DNA of 64,000 nucleotides from Nitrospiraceae bacterium (GCA_050246315.1 JBFWWG010000002.1:364811-428810), one strand, 5' to 3'; counted from the stretch's first letter, positions 29,590-39,925 are shown. The notes: generated from the letters alone by a model not told the origin. A program made the numbers and translations.

Positions 29590-29910
29590 TTGACGCGTGA
29601 ACGCCGCACGCAGGATACTTCACCCGTGAGTCCCATCCTTCCGGATCAGACGGACCTCGAATCGCAGCTCGGAATCCTCCTCCGCACCGGCCGCGCGGCG
29701 GGATTCTCGAGCGAACGCTTCGACCAGTGTCTCCGGCTGATCGCCCAGATTCCGTCCCCCGATTCCCAGAAGGCGTGGTTCGATCTGTTCTACGAACAGT
29801 GGACGGAGTTTTCCCGGACGCCGGACTGCTTGCAGGGCCCGTTGAAAGAGTCCTTCGAGTCACGGCTGGCTCGCCTTCGTGCCCAGATCGAGCAGCAGCG
29901 CCGAGATTAA
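29590..29910 (+). CDS. Hypothetical helical protein
   Basis: 106-aa ORF co-oriented within the + strand cluster; weak start signal. Confidence 0.45.
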   Translation: MTRERRTQDTSPVSPILPDQTDLESQLGILLRTGRAAGFSSERFDQCLRLIAQIPSPDSQKAWFDLFYEQWTEFSRTPDCLQGPLKESFESRLARLRAQIEQQRRD

Positions 29911-29942
29911 CCTTTCCTTCTTCCCCACCAGCAGGAGTCATC

Positions 29943-30425
29943 ATGAACAACGCCCGCTCTTGGATCGCCGTTGTCAGTCTCTTTGATTGGGCCCGCATCC
30001 ACGAGTTCTGCCGCGAGCACGATATCGCCAAGGGCAACAGCCCCTGGCACATGTTCGATGCGCCGACGGGCGGGGCGATCAACTGCTGGACGATCGACGA
30101 GTCGCACTGGCAACGGATGGGCGAACTGTGCGGAACCTTCTACCCCGAACGATCCGACGGCCAGCATCCAGGTATCATCATCGAGGACATCATGGCCGGC
30201 AAGGTCGCACCGGAAGCCCTGCTCCAGGGCGGCTTCATGGCGGGGACTGAGGCTGTGATTGTCCGGTTCTCCCCCGCGAATCCCAATGACACGATCGAGG
30301 CCGAAGTGTGTGCTGCCTGGTCGGTCGAGCAAGCCCGTGAGTTATTCAACAAGTTGCACCTGCGTGTGTTGCAACGGCCCTTGCCCGCGCCCTCTCCTCC
30401 AGCGCCTCAGCCACTCCAACAATAG
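29943..30425 (+). CDS. Hypothetical protein
   Basis: AGGAG RBS before ATG 29943 (MNNARSW), in the frame of ORF 29727. Confidence 0.6.
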   Translation: MNNARSWIAVVSLFDWARIHEFCREHDIAKGNSPWHMFDAPTGGAINCWTIDESHWQRMGELCGTFYPERSDGQHPGIIIEDIMAGKVAPEALLQGGFMAGTEAVIVRFSPANPNDTIEAEVCAAWSVEQARELFNKLHLRVLQRPLPAPSPPAPQPLQQ

Positions 30426-30536
30426 CCCTCCTTTGTGAACGAGACAATTCTCGGATGGCCCGCAAGCGGGCAGTGCTCCAGCCTGCCTGACATGTCTGTG
30501 CGTCCATGATCTTTATCTTTGTTGAAGGAGGTTGCC

Positions 30537-30908
30537 ATGGCTGAGCAGGACATCAAGATTCTGACGCTTTCCGGTCGCATCACGCATAAGCCCGAATTGT
30601 TCCAGCACCAGGAAGGATCCTCCCTTGAGTTTTCGATCGCGGTGCACTCCAACGGGTTTTATGCCAAGGCCGACGATCCGGAGTACTGGGACATCAAGGT
30701 CCTCGGTGCATCGGAGAAGCTAGCCAACACGCTGGAGAAAGGGCAGCACGTGAAACTGACCGGGAATCCCCAGATCCGGACCTACATAAAGGAGGGAGTC
30801 CGGCATAAGGCGGTCACCGTGATCGTCATCGATCCGCGATTGCTGATCCTCGGACCCAAAGCGAAGCAACCGAAACCGCCTGAACTTGTCAATTCGGCTG
30901 CGGCTTGA
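30537..30908 (+). CDS. ssb: SSB-like OB-fold protein 1 (no acidic tail)
   Basis: LSGRITHKPEL, FSIAV, LEKGQHVKLTG and QIRTY motifs; AAGGAGG RBS. Confidence 0.7.
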   Translation: MAEQDIKILTLSGRITHKPELFQHQEGSSLEFSIAVHSNGFYAKADDPEYWDIKVLGASEKLANTLEKGQHVKLTGNPQIRTYIKEGVRHKAVTVIVIDPRLLILGPKAKQPKPPELVNSAAA

Positions 30909-30981
30909 CGCATCAAGCGACGCTCATTTGCCTGACCTCATTGTGTATCGGTCATCTATTATGTTGGAGGAGGATCATCCC

Positions 30982-32352
30982 ATGGAATGTGCGACATGCC
31001 TAACAGACTTGTACCCACCTGAGCTCATTGTTCAGCCGGAGTTCGATCCGGAAGACACCCTTCCCCCTCTCTACGACCGCTATGTGCTGCTCTCGAACGA
31101 CAACGAAGAGGTCGTGGTCACCTTCCTCGTCGCGCTGCATGCCGCCCATCTGGAGCAATGGGCTCGCCGAGACCAGGAACGCCGATTGTCGGGGGAGACA
31201 CGCTTCGCGGACGAGGATCCCAGACCGGAGTTCCCGCTGATCATCAAACGATCACAGAGGGCTGGCGCGCCCCGATTCGCTGTGCTCCCCAACGGCCGGC
31301 GAGTTCTTCTCCTCGATGCGCATCGGGTCTACTTCCTCTGCGGCATCGCGGGCGTCCTCTCCCTCGAAGAGGCGAAAGCCCGGAACCACACGAGACTCGG
31401 CTACAGGCTGTGCCCGGGCTGTCAGGGGAAACATCTGCCTCCATCCGCCGCGACAATCTCCAAGGCTAAAGCAGTCGCAGTCAACGAGTGCCCTGCAGAG
31501 ACCTGCCCCAAGTGCCACGCGCCCAAGGCCTCCTCCTATATTCCAGACGGGCCCGACCACAGCCGGTGCCTTCTCTGCGGCCAGTATGACTACCATGCGG
31601 CGCCAGACCAGCTCACCAGCGATGAAATGGACCAGAACGAGGATGCGATTGCCAGCATGCTCTTCGCCCAGGGAGACCTCGAAGCCGCATTCCCCTCACT
31701 CGGAGACGACCTCAGCGAAGAGCCTTTCGATGTGGATCCCGATAGCTTTCCAACAGACTCTGAAGGCAGTGAAGAGTGCCGCAAAGGGTTCGATCTCCAT
31801 GAAGAAGAGCTTGCCGACCTCCTCGCGAACACGTCGCAAGACCTCGCCGATCTCGGCGACCGCATGCACAAGCCCGCGTTCGACCTCTTCCTGACCCGCC
31901 ATCCCCTCCGGAAGAAGCTGATCGACCTGGCTCTCCGTGGCGCCGACCATACCGAGTCACGTATGGCCCTCTGGGCAGCGGCCGGCCGGATCCTTGAGGT
32001 GTCTCCGCGTTCTCTGAGCGAGGAAGACTCCGAGGCCATCTCCGAGTGGCTCCTCACGTTATCAGATGAGGACCTCTCCATCCTTGCCGGCGATCCGGAC
32101 GCACACCATCCGATGCTGCAGCACCCGAGCCCTGGTGCCTTTCAATCTACGGATCCCCTGCTGCTCCCGCTCGTCAAGTATTTCAAAGAGCAGCTCCGGC
32201 GTTTCCGCTCGAAGGAAGCCGGCTGCCGCCTTCTTTCGAAGGACCATGGATTGAGCGAAGAAGCGCTGCGTTCCGTCGCCATGCAATGTGGCATGCTGCC
32301 TGGGACCACTTCTGCCCCCATTCGTTGCTCTCCTCAGGCCCACGCTGCCTGA
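30982..32352 (+). CDS. Zn-ribbon plus acidic-linker hypothetical protein (paralog A)
   Basis: GGAGGAGG RBS; CPGC, CPKC and CLLC motifs followed by a D/E-rich tract. Confidence 0.7.
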   Translation: MECATCLTDLYPPELIVQPEFDPEDTLPPLYDRYVLLSNDNEEVVVTFLVALHAAHLEQWARRDQERRLSGETRFADEDPRPEFPLIIKRSQRAGAPRFAVLPNGRRVLLLDAHRVYFLCGIAGVLSLEEAKARNHTRLGYRLCPGCQGKHLPPSAATISKAKAVAVNECPAETCPKCHAPKASSYIPDGPDHSRCLLCGQYDYHAAPDQLTSDEMDQNEDAIASMLFAQGDLEAAFPSLGDDLSEEPFDVDPDSFPTDSEGSEECRKGFDLHEEELADLLANTSQDLADLGDRMHKPAFDLFLTRHPLRKKLIDLALRGADHTESRMALWAAAGRILEVSPRSLSEEDSEAISEWLLTLSDEDLSILAGDPDAHHPMLQHPSPGAFQSTDPLLLPLVKYFKEQLRRFRSKEAGCRLLSKDHGLSEEALRSVAMQCGMLPGTTSAPIRCSPQAHAA

Positions 32353-32527
32353 ACTCACCAAGCGGCACAGAGGTTCCCTGCGACGTTGGTTTCCAGGACC
32401 CTGTGCGGCATGCGCATCGATAGTTCGGTGCCATAAGGGTAATCAGGTCAGCCAGGTAACCGGCGTGGCGCATTGAGCGTCATGTCTTGTTGTTCACTCA
32501 CCACTCACATGTTGGAGGTATGTTCAC

Positions 32528-32875
32528 ATGCGTACGTTCGCCAAAGGCACCATCAACGGCCGTCTCACCACCGACCCCGTCATCCGCACGGTCGGCGACA
32601 AGTCGGTCTGCAACCTGCGCCTCGCGGTCGACGGGCTCCCGTCCAGGAAGACCGGCGAGAAGCGGCCCTCGAGTTATTTCTCAGTCGTCGTCTGGGGAAA
32701 GCTCGCCGAGAGCTGCCGCAACCTGGTCAAGGGCCAGGAAGTCTACGTGGAAGGCAACCTTCAAACCCGGACGCGAGAGACCGACGGTCAGGCGTCGGTG
32801 ACGTATGTCGAGCTCAACGCCAGGACCGTCAACTTCGGCAACCTGCCGAGGTCGGCGATGCAACGGGCCGCGTAA
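32528..32875 (+). CDS. ssb: Single-stranded DNA-binding protein 2 (no acidic tail)
   Basis: INGRLTTDP, LRLAV, VVVWGKLAE and LVKGQEVYVEGNLQTR motifs. Confidence 0.88.
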   Translation: MRTFAKGTINGRLTTDPVIRTVGDKSVCNLRLAVDGLPSRKTGEKRPSSYFSVVVWGKLAESCRNLVKGQEVYVEGNLQTRTRETDGQASVTYVELNARTVNFGNLPRSAMQRAA

Positions 32876-32881
32876 GCGGAC

Positions 32882-32935
32882 AAAAAAAGGGAGTGCGATC
32901 CCCCGATCGTCACGATCGAGCTGGACGCACTCCCT
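32882..32935 (-). terminator. Intrinsic terminator between convergent genes
   Basis: Stem GGGAGTGCG/CGCACTCCC with an inner CGATCG hairpin, followed by T7 on the minus strand. Confidence 0.7.
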
Positions 32936-33004
32936 CACCTGTAGGGAGACCGGAAGGAACTCCGCACCGCCCTGAGTGCAGAATTCCTTCCGTCTCGTTG
33001 CCTG

Positions 33005-34423
33005 TCACCTGCCGCAAGCTCTCTGGAACACGGCCTGGGACACTCCAAACTTCGGACCCAGAATCCGGATTCCAGCCTGCGGATAGATGAAGCGCGCGAG
33101 TTTGACCCGGCACGAATACTTCCACCGCTCGATCTTCACCGAAATCGGCGGCAGGACCCGCTGCATGCCATCGGTCGTGATCTCGGTCAAGAGGTCGGCT
33201 TCCGGCAAGAGCTTCCAGAGGACATCCTCCGGCGCCGCGACCAGCCAATGCGCGACCTCACGCTGCTCCCTCTCTTTCATCCTGACACAGGATTCAGCCG
33301 TGGCCGATGCGGCTGCCCACACCAGATCCATTCGGCTCCCCGACAAGTGGCCGAGTATCGTGGCTTCAAGAAGCCCACAACGCAAGGCCTTGACCGAGAG
33401 GCTTTGCCAGAACCGGTTCTGGAGCGCGATGAGCATGTCATCGGCATCCTCCTGCTCAGATACGTCCTGATCTGCTGATGCTGCTTCGTCGGAGGATTCC
33501 TCGGTTGGTTCCTCACCGCACCTCTCATCGGTTGAGAGGGATGTGGCATCCGTCCTCTCGGGGTCTCGATCCTGTTCCCGATCCGTCTCCGGCACCTCGC
33601 CGAAGAGCAAATCCTCCGCTTCCACTGATCCCAACGCCGCCACCTCCGCAAATTCCTGGGCGACGTCGCTCAACATTGGATCAGGTTCCTGGTCGTCATC
33701 TCGCACCGCCGCCCGTGATAACGCCAGCTCGTTCTGAGCCTGGTCTTCCGCTGGCAGCAGTGTCGTTGTTTCCCTCCACCCGCACAGGCAACTCCGCTCC
33801 AGGATTCCGGATTCGGAGGTCCCAGAGACCACCCGTTCCAGCACCACTGAAGCCTTGCACCGGGGGCATGTCGGTTGTGTGGATACCGATGCGCGAGGTA
33901 AGGGCACCTGATTCTCCGCTTGTAGCCTCGACAGGTGATATCCGAAGCACATCGGACACTGCCGAGGGCCAGTGATCCACGTTCCGCCACGTCGTTCCTC
34001 CTCCGACAACACCACCGGCACTTGAAGACCGCACAGCGGCATTGCCCGGGACAAGTCCAATCGACGACCTCGCCGTCCGTCACGTAGCGTGACATACACG
34101 CTGCGGTATCGACGGCGGAGGACCGGAACCCTGGGTGTGGTCGGTTGATGTTCTTCGTCATAGCGATTCTCCAATGGAGTGCGAGCCGTCTGCATCAGCC
34201 GGTTCGACCAGTCCACTTCCTCCATCTCCGCCAACCGCTGTTCCAGGTTGTAGAGATTGACGGGGTGGATTCTGTGGTTCCCAGTCCGGCACTCCTCGAG
34301 CAACGCCTGCACATCCTCTTTCTCCAGACGTGCGACACGGGTCGCATGGGCTCGTGGAGCCAGAAGGGCCTTGCGAAGTATGGTCCGAATCGCTGTGAGC
34401 TTCGATGTGGTTGTTGTGGTCAT
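33005..34423 (-). CDS. Zn-ribbon plus acidic-linker hypothetical protein (paralog B)
   Basis: GAAGGAG RBS; CPMC, CPRC and CLC motifs and a D/E-rich tract; motifs align with 30982-32352. Confidence 0.7.
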   Translation of the reverse strand: MTTTTTSKLTAIRTILRKALLAPRAHATRVARLEKEDVQALLEECRTGNHRIHPVNLYNLEQRLAEMEEVDWSNRLMQTARTPLENRYDEEHQPTTPRVPVLRRRYRSVYVTLRDGRRGRRLDLSRAMPLCGLQVPVVLSEEERRGGTWITGPRQCPMCFGYHLSRLQAENQVPLPRASVSTQPTCPRCKASVVLERVVSGTSESGILERSCLCGWRETTTLLPAEDQAQNELALSRAAVRDDDQEPDPMLSDVAQEFAEVAALGSVEAEDLLFGEVPETDREQDRDPERTDATSLSTDERCGEEPTEESSDEAASADQDVSEQEDADDMLIALQNRFWQSLSVKALRCGLLEATILGHLSGSRMDLVWAAASATAESCVRMKEREQREVAHWLVAAPEDVLWKLLPEADLLTEITTDGMQRVLPPISVKIERWKYSCRVKLARFIYPQAGIRILGPKFGVSQAVFQRACGR

Positions 34424-34463
34424 GATGGTGTCTCCTTCGATTGTGGGTGCGACGGTGAATCGG

Positions 34464-34847
34464 TCAACGTTGGCAAACCGGTTCCGCATTGAGGGCCTGC
34501 GAGGCAGTCACGACCGCTTCATGAGCTTCCTGCGACAACCTTGGCAGATCCCTTGGGCTGTAACGGGCAAACGTCATCAAGGCCTCGCGCTCGAAGCGCC
34601 CAAGCCTTGCCGCCCGCGCGACAACTCTCCGTGCGAAGTCGAACTCCCAAGTTTCCGGAATGGTCGCCTGCCCCCTTGTTTGCCTTTGAATCTGGTCCGC
34701 TATGGCACTGACCTTTACAAACTCCCCATCGACTTCGCAGAGTACGTCCCCCGCTGCCGTGTGAACCCGATCCGGTTCGAACAGGGTCGCGAGGATGAAT
34801 TCGCGATGGGACCTGAAGTAGTCGTTCCATTTGTGATGGCTCTCCAT
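34464..34847 (-). CDS. Hypothetical protein
   Basis: AGGAGG RBS before MESHHKW. Confidence 0.55.
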   Translation of the reverse strand: MESHHKWNDYFRSHREFILATLFEPDRVHTAAGDVLCEVDGEFVKVSAIADQIQRQTRGQATIPETWEFDFARRVVARAARLGRFEREALMTFARYSPRDLPRLSQEAHEAVVTASQALNAEPVCQR

Positions 34848-34910
34848 GATGGCCTCCTGATGAGTGACAAGGATTGACAATCCGCCTGCGCTGCAGTACA
34901 TCGTGAATGG

Positions 34911-35246
34911 ATGCGAGCCTACCGAGTCGAAATCCCGCTCAGCGGGCCTCTCCACGATGAAGCTGAGGTTCTGCTGCTGGAGTCACAGAGCGGTGACACC
35001 GGACGCGACGACCTCAAGCGACGCATGCGCGACTGGTTCGATCGAGTCCTGCGCTATTGGAATTTCCAGCCGACGCCGGTCCTGTGTCCCAGATGCCAGA
35101 CTCGACTGGACACGCTGTATCCGAAAGGTTCGCGAGAAGATTGTGATTTGTGGGTACTTGAGATGAACGGGAAGGGACCGGCGATCATCTACACCTGTCT
35201 CTCATGTCGAGAGCGGGTGCCGATGCCGATTGGCGTCCTGACCTGA
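34911..35246 (+). CDS. Small putative Zn-finger protein
   Basis: CPRC and CLSC pairs; lies antisense between two minus-strand genes. Confidence 0.4.
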   Translation: MRAYRVEIPLSGPLHDEAEVLLLESQSGDTGRDDLKRRMRDWFDRVLRYWNFQPTPVLCPRCQTRLDTLYPKGSREDCDLWVLEMNGKGPAIIYTCLSCRERVPMPIGVLT

Positions 35247-35441
35247 GACGACCTGCCGCAACTTTCCCAACAGGCCATCTCCCAGAATTACCTCGTCATC
35301 GAGCGTACTAAGGTACAACCGCACTTTTTCCGGTTCGCTCTGCGCACGTTCCACCAAGTGTCGATAGGTTCGTCGCGCATGCCGGATGTCCCCTAGAAGC
35401 ATTTCCCACGCCTGTTTTTCGTTCTTGCTCATGCCTGCCAT
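35202..35441 (-). CDS. Small hypothetical protein
   Basis: GGAGGT RBS before MAGMSKNEK. Confidence 0.55.
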   Translation of the reverse strand: MAGMSKNEKQAWEMLLGDIRHARRTYRHLVERAQSEPEKVRLYLSTLDDEVILGDGLLGKLRQVVSGQDANRHRHPLST

Positions 35442-36302
35442 AGGCGTACCTCCACAACAAGGATGTGCTGAACTCAGCACGGGGCCGGAGCCCAGGTTGA
35501 GTCATGCGATGTCTGTGATCGCTATGAGGTGACTTGATCTGATGCAGGAGAGAACAGATGGAAGGATGGTTTTGAGGAGTTGGACGGTTGTGAGCGGTGC
35601 TGTCCTGCCGATAATCTGATTATGGTACTGTCATGATGTCCTCCTTTCCTGTGGGCTGAAGCCGCTGCCGGTGCGATGCGAATAAGCAAGCCGCATCCAT
35701 GTGGAGACACACGAGGGGCGTCTCACTCACATGAGCCAGCGGTCAGATGAATGTTGGGAATGATGTTGAACTGTGTGAAGTGTGAAACTGTTCCTGCGCA
35801 GGGCGCGCAATCGCTGCTGAAGGGATCGTGCGCTGTCCACGATGATCAGTCGTGAAACGACAGCATCACGATGATGAGAAGAATTGAGAAAGGTTCTGCC
35901 GCGTGAAGTACTCCGGCAGACAGATGATTCGGCGAGTGCCTACTAAAAGAAGTAAAGTGGCTTTATCCTACGGTTCTGCGCGACGAGTTGCAAGAGTTTG
36001 GCGCGTGCATCGAGCAATTTTTTTGCGCGGGCAACATGCATAACTGAGACCAACCCCACGTGACCGGAACTGAACGTTCTTAACTCCAATCACACCTCAC
36101 CCAGCCGGTGCGAACACTCCGCGCACTGGTCCCGGCTGGTTTCAGATCGTTCGCGGACCAACATAGAGACTTCACGCGACAACGCCACGCGGCTTCACGT
36201 TGTTCTCTGTCTTTGCCCGTCCGCCCTCCGGCGCTCGTCCCGAGCGCAGGTTCAATCACCCGATGCTCTGTGCGCTTATCTTCGGCACTCAAGGGAGATG
36301 TC

Positions 36303-38768
36303 ATGCAGACTCCGGCAGGATGGACCACTCCAGAAGTGCACCACGTGGACCACCGCACCCTTGTCCGCATGATTGAATCCTTTCGCCAGGCCATCGCAGA
36401 CGAGCTGCGCGCTCGACAACCCCAAAGCAGTACGGACAGCTTCACCTTCCCGATCCGCAACGGCCGCCTCCAACACCGTGCCGGGCGGACCTCCTACTTT
36501 CTCTTCGACTGCCAGCCGATCCCTGACCACATTCTGGAGGATACCCATCCTTCTCTCCTACTGAACGACCAGCGTCTTCCTTGCCGAGTCGTTGGACTCT
36601 CGATCGACGGCCTGGCACTGGCGCTGGATACTGAACTGCAGTCGGAAATACCCCAAGCGCATCTCACCTTTGACTCCATCAAGCTCTTGCAGGCCCTGGA
36701 CAAACGTCTGGTCCAGATCCTGCGCCAGCCGGCCGACTTCAACACAGCACTCAGCCTCAAGGCCTTCCAGCCCGATGCCGTCCCCAGACTCGTGAATTCC
36801 GTGGGCATTGCCGCACCCTCGTCCTTAAACAAAGAACAGGCAGCGGCCTTCGCATGCGCGCTACGGGACGATCTCCTGTTCGTCCTCGGTCCTCCGGGAA
36901 CCGGGAAAAGTGAATTGATCAGTGCCCTTGCTCACGCGTTCCTTCAGCTCGGCCAGCGGGTGTTGATCTGCTCTCCGACGAACACCGCCATCGATCACAT
37001 CCTCGACCTTGTGCTCGATAAGTTGCCGGATTGTCCCACCGGGACGATCGTTCGCGTAGGAGCTCCAAGCCCCGACATCTCCAAGCGAAGCCAAACAACC
37101 AGTCTTGAGGCCCTGGTACTGGACTACACGACCGCTATCGAAGCAACCGTTGAGCCTCTACGGAAGCAACTCAGCGCCCTGGAAGCCGACCTGCCCGGGC
37201 TTGAAAGCCTGCTCCAGGATGCTCGGCAGGTCAGCATCTGCCAGCGCACCGTCGCCGAGCTGCAGCAACGGCATGATCTGCTCGTCGCCCACGAGGAGCA
37301 GCTCCTCAGCGCGATCGCAAGGGTTCGAAGCGAGTTGGAAGAGGCCCACCACCGCCTGGCGTCCCTGCGGGCCCTGCCCTTTGTGTTCAGGCTACTGCAG
37401 CAACGGCAGATCGCGCAGACGGAACAATTCATTCTGGAAGAAACTCCTGAGCAAGCCAGGCGGTATGCGGCCCTCCGGATGCTCGAACAAGATCTGCGCC
37501 AATCACGGCGACTCATCCAGGACGCTCAGGAAGGGGAGCGAGCAGCCAGAGAGCATCTCCCCTTTTCCGTGGACCACTTCACCCTTGATGAACTCGAACT
37601 GCTGGTCTGCGTCACGCAGCACAAGACCCGCGAGCTCCGGCAGACCGTCACAGATGGAGGGCGGCGCATTGCGGAGATCGAACGTACGATCATCAACCGA
37701 AGCCGGATCATTGCGACAACCTTGACCCGGACCTATGCCTCCAAATTGCTCAGTCCCGAACGGTTCGACGTCGTGATCCTGGATGAGGCGAGTATGGGCT
37801 TGCCGCCCGCCGTCTTTGCCGCCTCGTGTCTCGCGACCAAGAAGCTGATCATCGTCGGCGACTATCTCCAATTGCCCCCAATCACAGTAGCCAAGACCGA
37901 GCACACCAAAGCGTGGCTCGCAAGGGATATTTATCAGATCGCGCAGATCACGTCCGGACAGGATCAGCGGGTCGTGTCGCTCGCCACCCAGTACCGGATG
38001 CATCCGGATATCGCACGGGTTGCCGCGCGCCTGTATGCCCGCGCCGGCCTCGCCTATCAGTCGGCCGCCCACATGGGGGCAGCCCGTCGGCCCTTAACGG
38101 CCTATGCGCCCGCTCCCGGTCAGCCCTTGATCGTCTTGGACACGGCCGGCGCCGATCCCCTGACCAAACGGGACCGCAGAGGGTCGCCCTATAACCTCTA
38201 CCACGCCATGCTCGCTGTGCGGCTTGCCATGCAAACCGTATCGACCCCGGGCGAGGCGCCCTCCGTCAGCATCATCGCGCCCTATCGCGCCCAGGTCGAT
38301 CTGATCGAGCGATTGCTTCGCCTTCAAGGGCTGGCAGACTTGGTCCAGGCCGGAACGGTCCACCGCTTCCAAGGGCGCCAGAGCGATGTCGTCATCTTCG
38401 ACACGGTCACGACGGCCAACATCGCACGGACCATGCTCGGGTGGGGACACGAAGATGCAGCGCCGCACAAGCTCATCAACGTCGCGATCACGCGCGCGAA
38501 AGGAAAGCTCATCCTCATCGGCCACGCCGGGGCGCTCGAAGAACTCCAACGGAGTCCCGAACCGCTGCTCTGGGACTTTCTTCAACTGGCCCGGGAATAC
38601 GGCATCATCGTGGCGGCGACGTCGCTGCTCGCGGCGGTCCCGGATATCCACCTGGATTCCACTCAGCAAACCGACCAGTTGCTGACTGAAGCGTTCGGGC
38701 GGTCGCAAACGGGCAGCCAGAATCTCCGCCTGGTCGAGGCCGCGTCTCGGGCCCTTCAAGTCTCCTAG
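36303..38768 (+). CDS. Superfamily 1 UPF1/DNA2-like helicase with a coiled-coil insertion
   Basis: GPPGTGKS, SPTNTAID, ILDEAS, VGDYLQLPP, QYRMHP, GTVHRFQG and NVAITRAK motifs. Confidence 0.9.
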   Translation: MQTPAGWTTPEVHHVDHRTLVRMIESFRQAIADELRARQPQSSTDSFTFPIRNGRLQHRAGRTSYFLFDCQPIPDHILEDTHPSLLLNDQRLPCRVVGLSIDGLALALDTELQSEIPQAHLTFDSIKLLQALDKRLVQILRQPADFNTALSLKAFQPDAVPRLVNSVGIAAPSSLNKEQAAAFACALRDDLLFVLGPPGTGKSELISALAHAFLQLGQRVLICSPTNTAIDHILDLVLDKLPDCPTGTIVRVGAPSPDISKRSQTTSLEALVLDYTTAIEATVEPLRKQLSALEADLPGLESLLQDARQVSICQRTVAELQQRHDLLVAHEEQLLSAIARVRSELEEAHHRLASLRALPFVFRLLQQRQIAQTEQFILEETPEQARRYAALRMLEQDLRQSRRLIQDAQEGERAAREHLPFSVDHFTLDELELLVCVTQHKTRELRQTVTDGGRRIAEIERTIINRSRIIATTLTRTYASKLLSPERFDVVILDEASMGLPPAVFAASCLATKKLIIVGDYLQLPPITVAKTEHTKAWLARDIYQIAQITSGQDQRVVSLATQYRMHPDIARVAARLYARAGLAYQSAAHMGAARRPLTAYAPAPGQPLIVLDTAGADPLTKRDRRGSPYNLYHAMLAVRLAMQTVSTPGEAPSVSIIAPYRAQVDLIERLLRLQGLADLVQAGTVHRFQGRQSDVVIFDTVTTANIARTMLGWGHEDAAPHKLINVAITRAKGKLILIGHAGALEELQRSPEPLLWDFLQLAREYGIIVAATSLLAAVPDIHLDSTQQTDQLLTEAFGRSQTGSQNLRLVEAASRALQVS

Positions 38769-38882
38769 CTTCCACCAGACGGTCGCGAAGCCGAGTGCCG
38801 CTCAGGGCCGCAGGGCGGCCAGGCCGGTCTGCTGATCACCTGTACAGGCAGAAGCAAGTATCCAGAGAAGGAGGCGATCAGC

Positions 38883-39452
38883 ATGGTCCTCTCCATCATG
38901 GTCTCCGGCCACAGACCCGGCAAGTTAGGCGGCTACACCGTCAATCCCATCGGCAGCCGCATCCGTCGAGAGCTCCATGACATCATGGCCAAGACGCGGC
39001 GTCGATTTGGCTGCTGCGTAGGCATCACGGGTATGGCCCAAGGTGTCGACCAGTGGTTCGCGGAAGTCTGCCGCGACCTCTCTATCCCCTACATCGCGTA
39101 CATACCTTTCCCCGGACAGGAACGGTTGTGGCCTCCGGATGCTCAACATCACTACCGCCAGTTGGTAGCCGATGCTTTCGAAGTCCGCGTCGGTCCGTCC
39201 GCGAGCACAAAGCCCGACATTATCGCCGCGCTTCAGCGGAGGAATTCCGAGATGGTGAGCGGATGTCATGCGGCAATCGCGGTATGGGATGGATCTTCCG
39301 GTGGAACCGCCGATGCTGTGAGAAAACTCACGGACCTAGGCCGGCCACTCCTTCGGCTGGACCCGCGCCAGCCTTTCGATCCTGCAACCGTTGATCACTG
39401 GCTCGATACATTGTCGGAATTCGCTTCATCTGCCAGGAGGCATCTTCCATGA
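38883..39452 (+). CDS. YspA/DUF1273-like SLOG-family protein
   Basis: SGHRPGKLGGY, TGMAQGVDQW, RRNSEMV and VWDGSSGGTA motifs. Confidence 0.85.
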   Translation: MVLSIMVSGHRPGKLGGYTVNPIGSRIRRELHDIMAKTRRRFGCCVGITGMAQGVDQWFAEVCRDLSIPYIAYIPFPGQERLWPPDAQHHYRQLVADAFEVRVGPSASTKPDIIAALQRRNSEMVSGCHAAIAVWDGSSGGTADAVRKLTDLGRPLLRLDPRQPFDPATVDHWLDTLSEFASSARRHLP

Positions 39453-39925
39453 CTCTTGATCATCCGCCTCTTACCCACGACGAACGGAAAGCCGCCGAAG
39501 CTGCCTTCCAAGACCGCCCATTCAATCCCATGTGGTCGCAGAAGGCCCAACGCATCTATGACGGCATCCGTGCGGCGCAAGCCAATCGCCCTACCAAGAG
39601 CCAGGCTGCGGATGTTGTGCCTCCAGTTCGAACCACCATCGCCAGTCCGTCGTCTGATTTGCATTACTCCGATTCGGCTCCCTTCATTCCTCGGATTGCA
39701 CAAGTTTGGATGCTCGAATATCAGGACACGAAGGAGCGCCGCCTGGAAGTGTGTCCAGGTGCCACGTCGATCGAGCAGCTCTTGAAGGTCTTTCGGCGGA
39801 GAGCTCACGGCCGCTCGTTCACGATCCAGATGGTTGATGTTGCCAGCATGTCACTCCCCCAGGCCAGCATTTCCTCCTGCAGTCACGATGCGCGCCGCAT
39901 CGACCAGGACGGATTCCTGGCATGA
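39449..39925 (+). CDS. Hypothetical protein
   Basis: ATGA overlap with the SLOG gene stop codon. Confidence 0.55.
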   Translation: MTLDHPPLTHDERKAAEAAFQDRPFNPMWSQKAQRIYDGIRAAQANRPTKSQAADVVPPVRTTIASPSSDLHYSDSAPFIPRIAQVWMLEYQDTKERRLEVCPGATSIEQLLKVFRRRAHGRSFTIQMVDVASMSLPQASISSCSHDARRIDQDGFLA

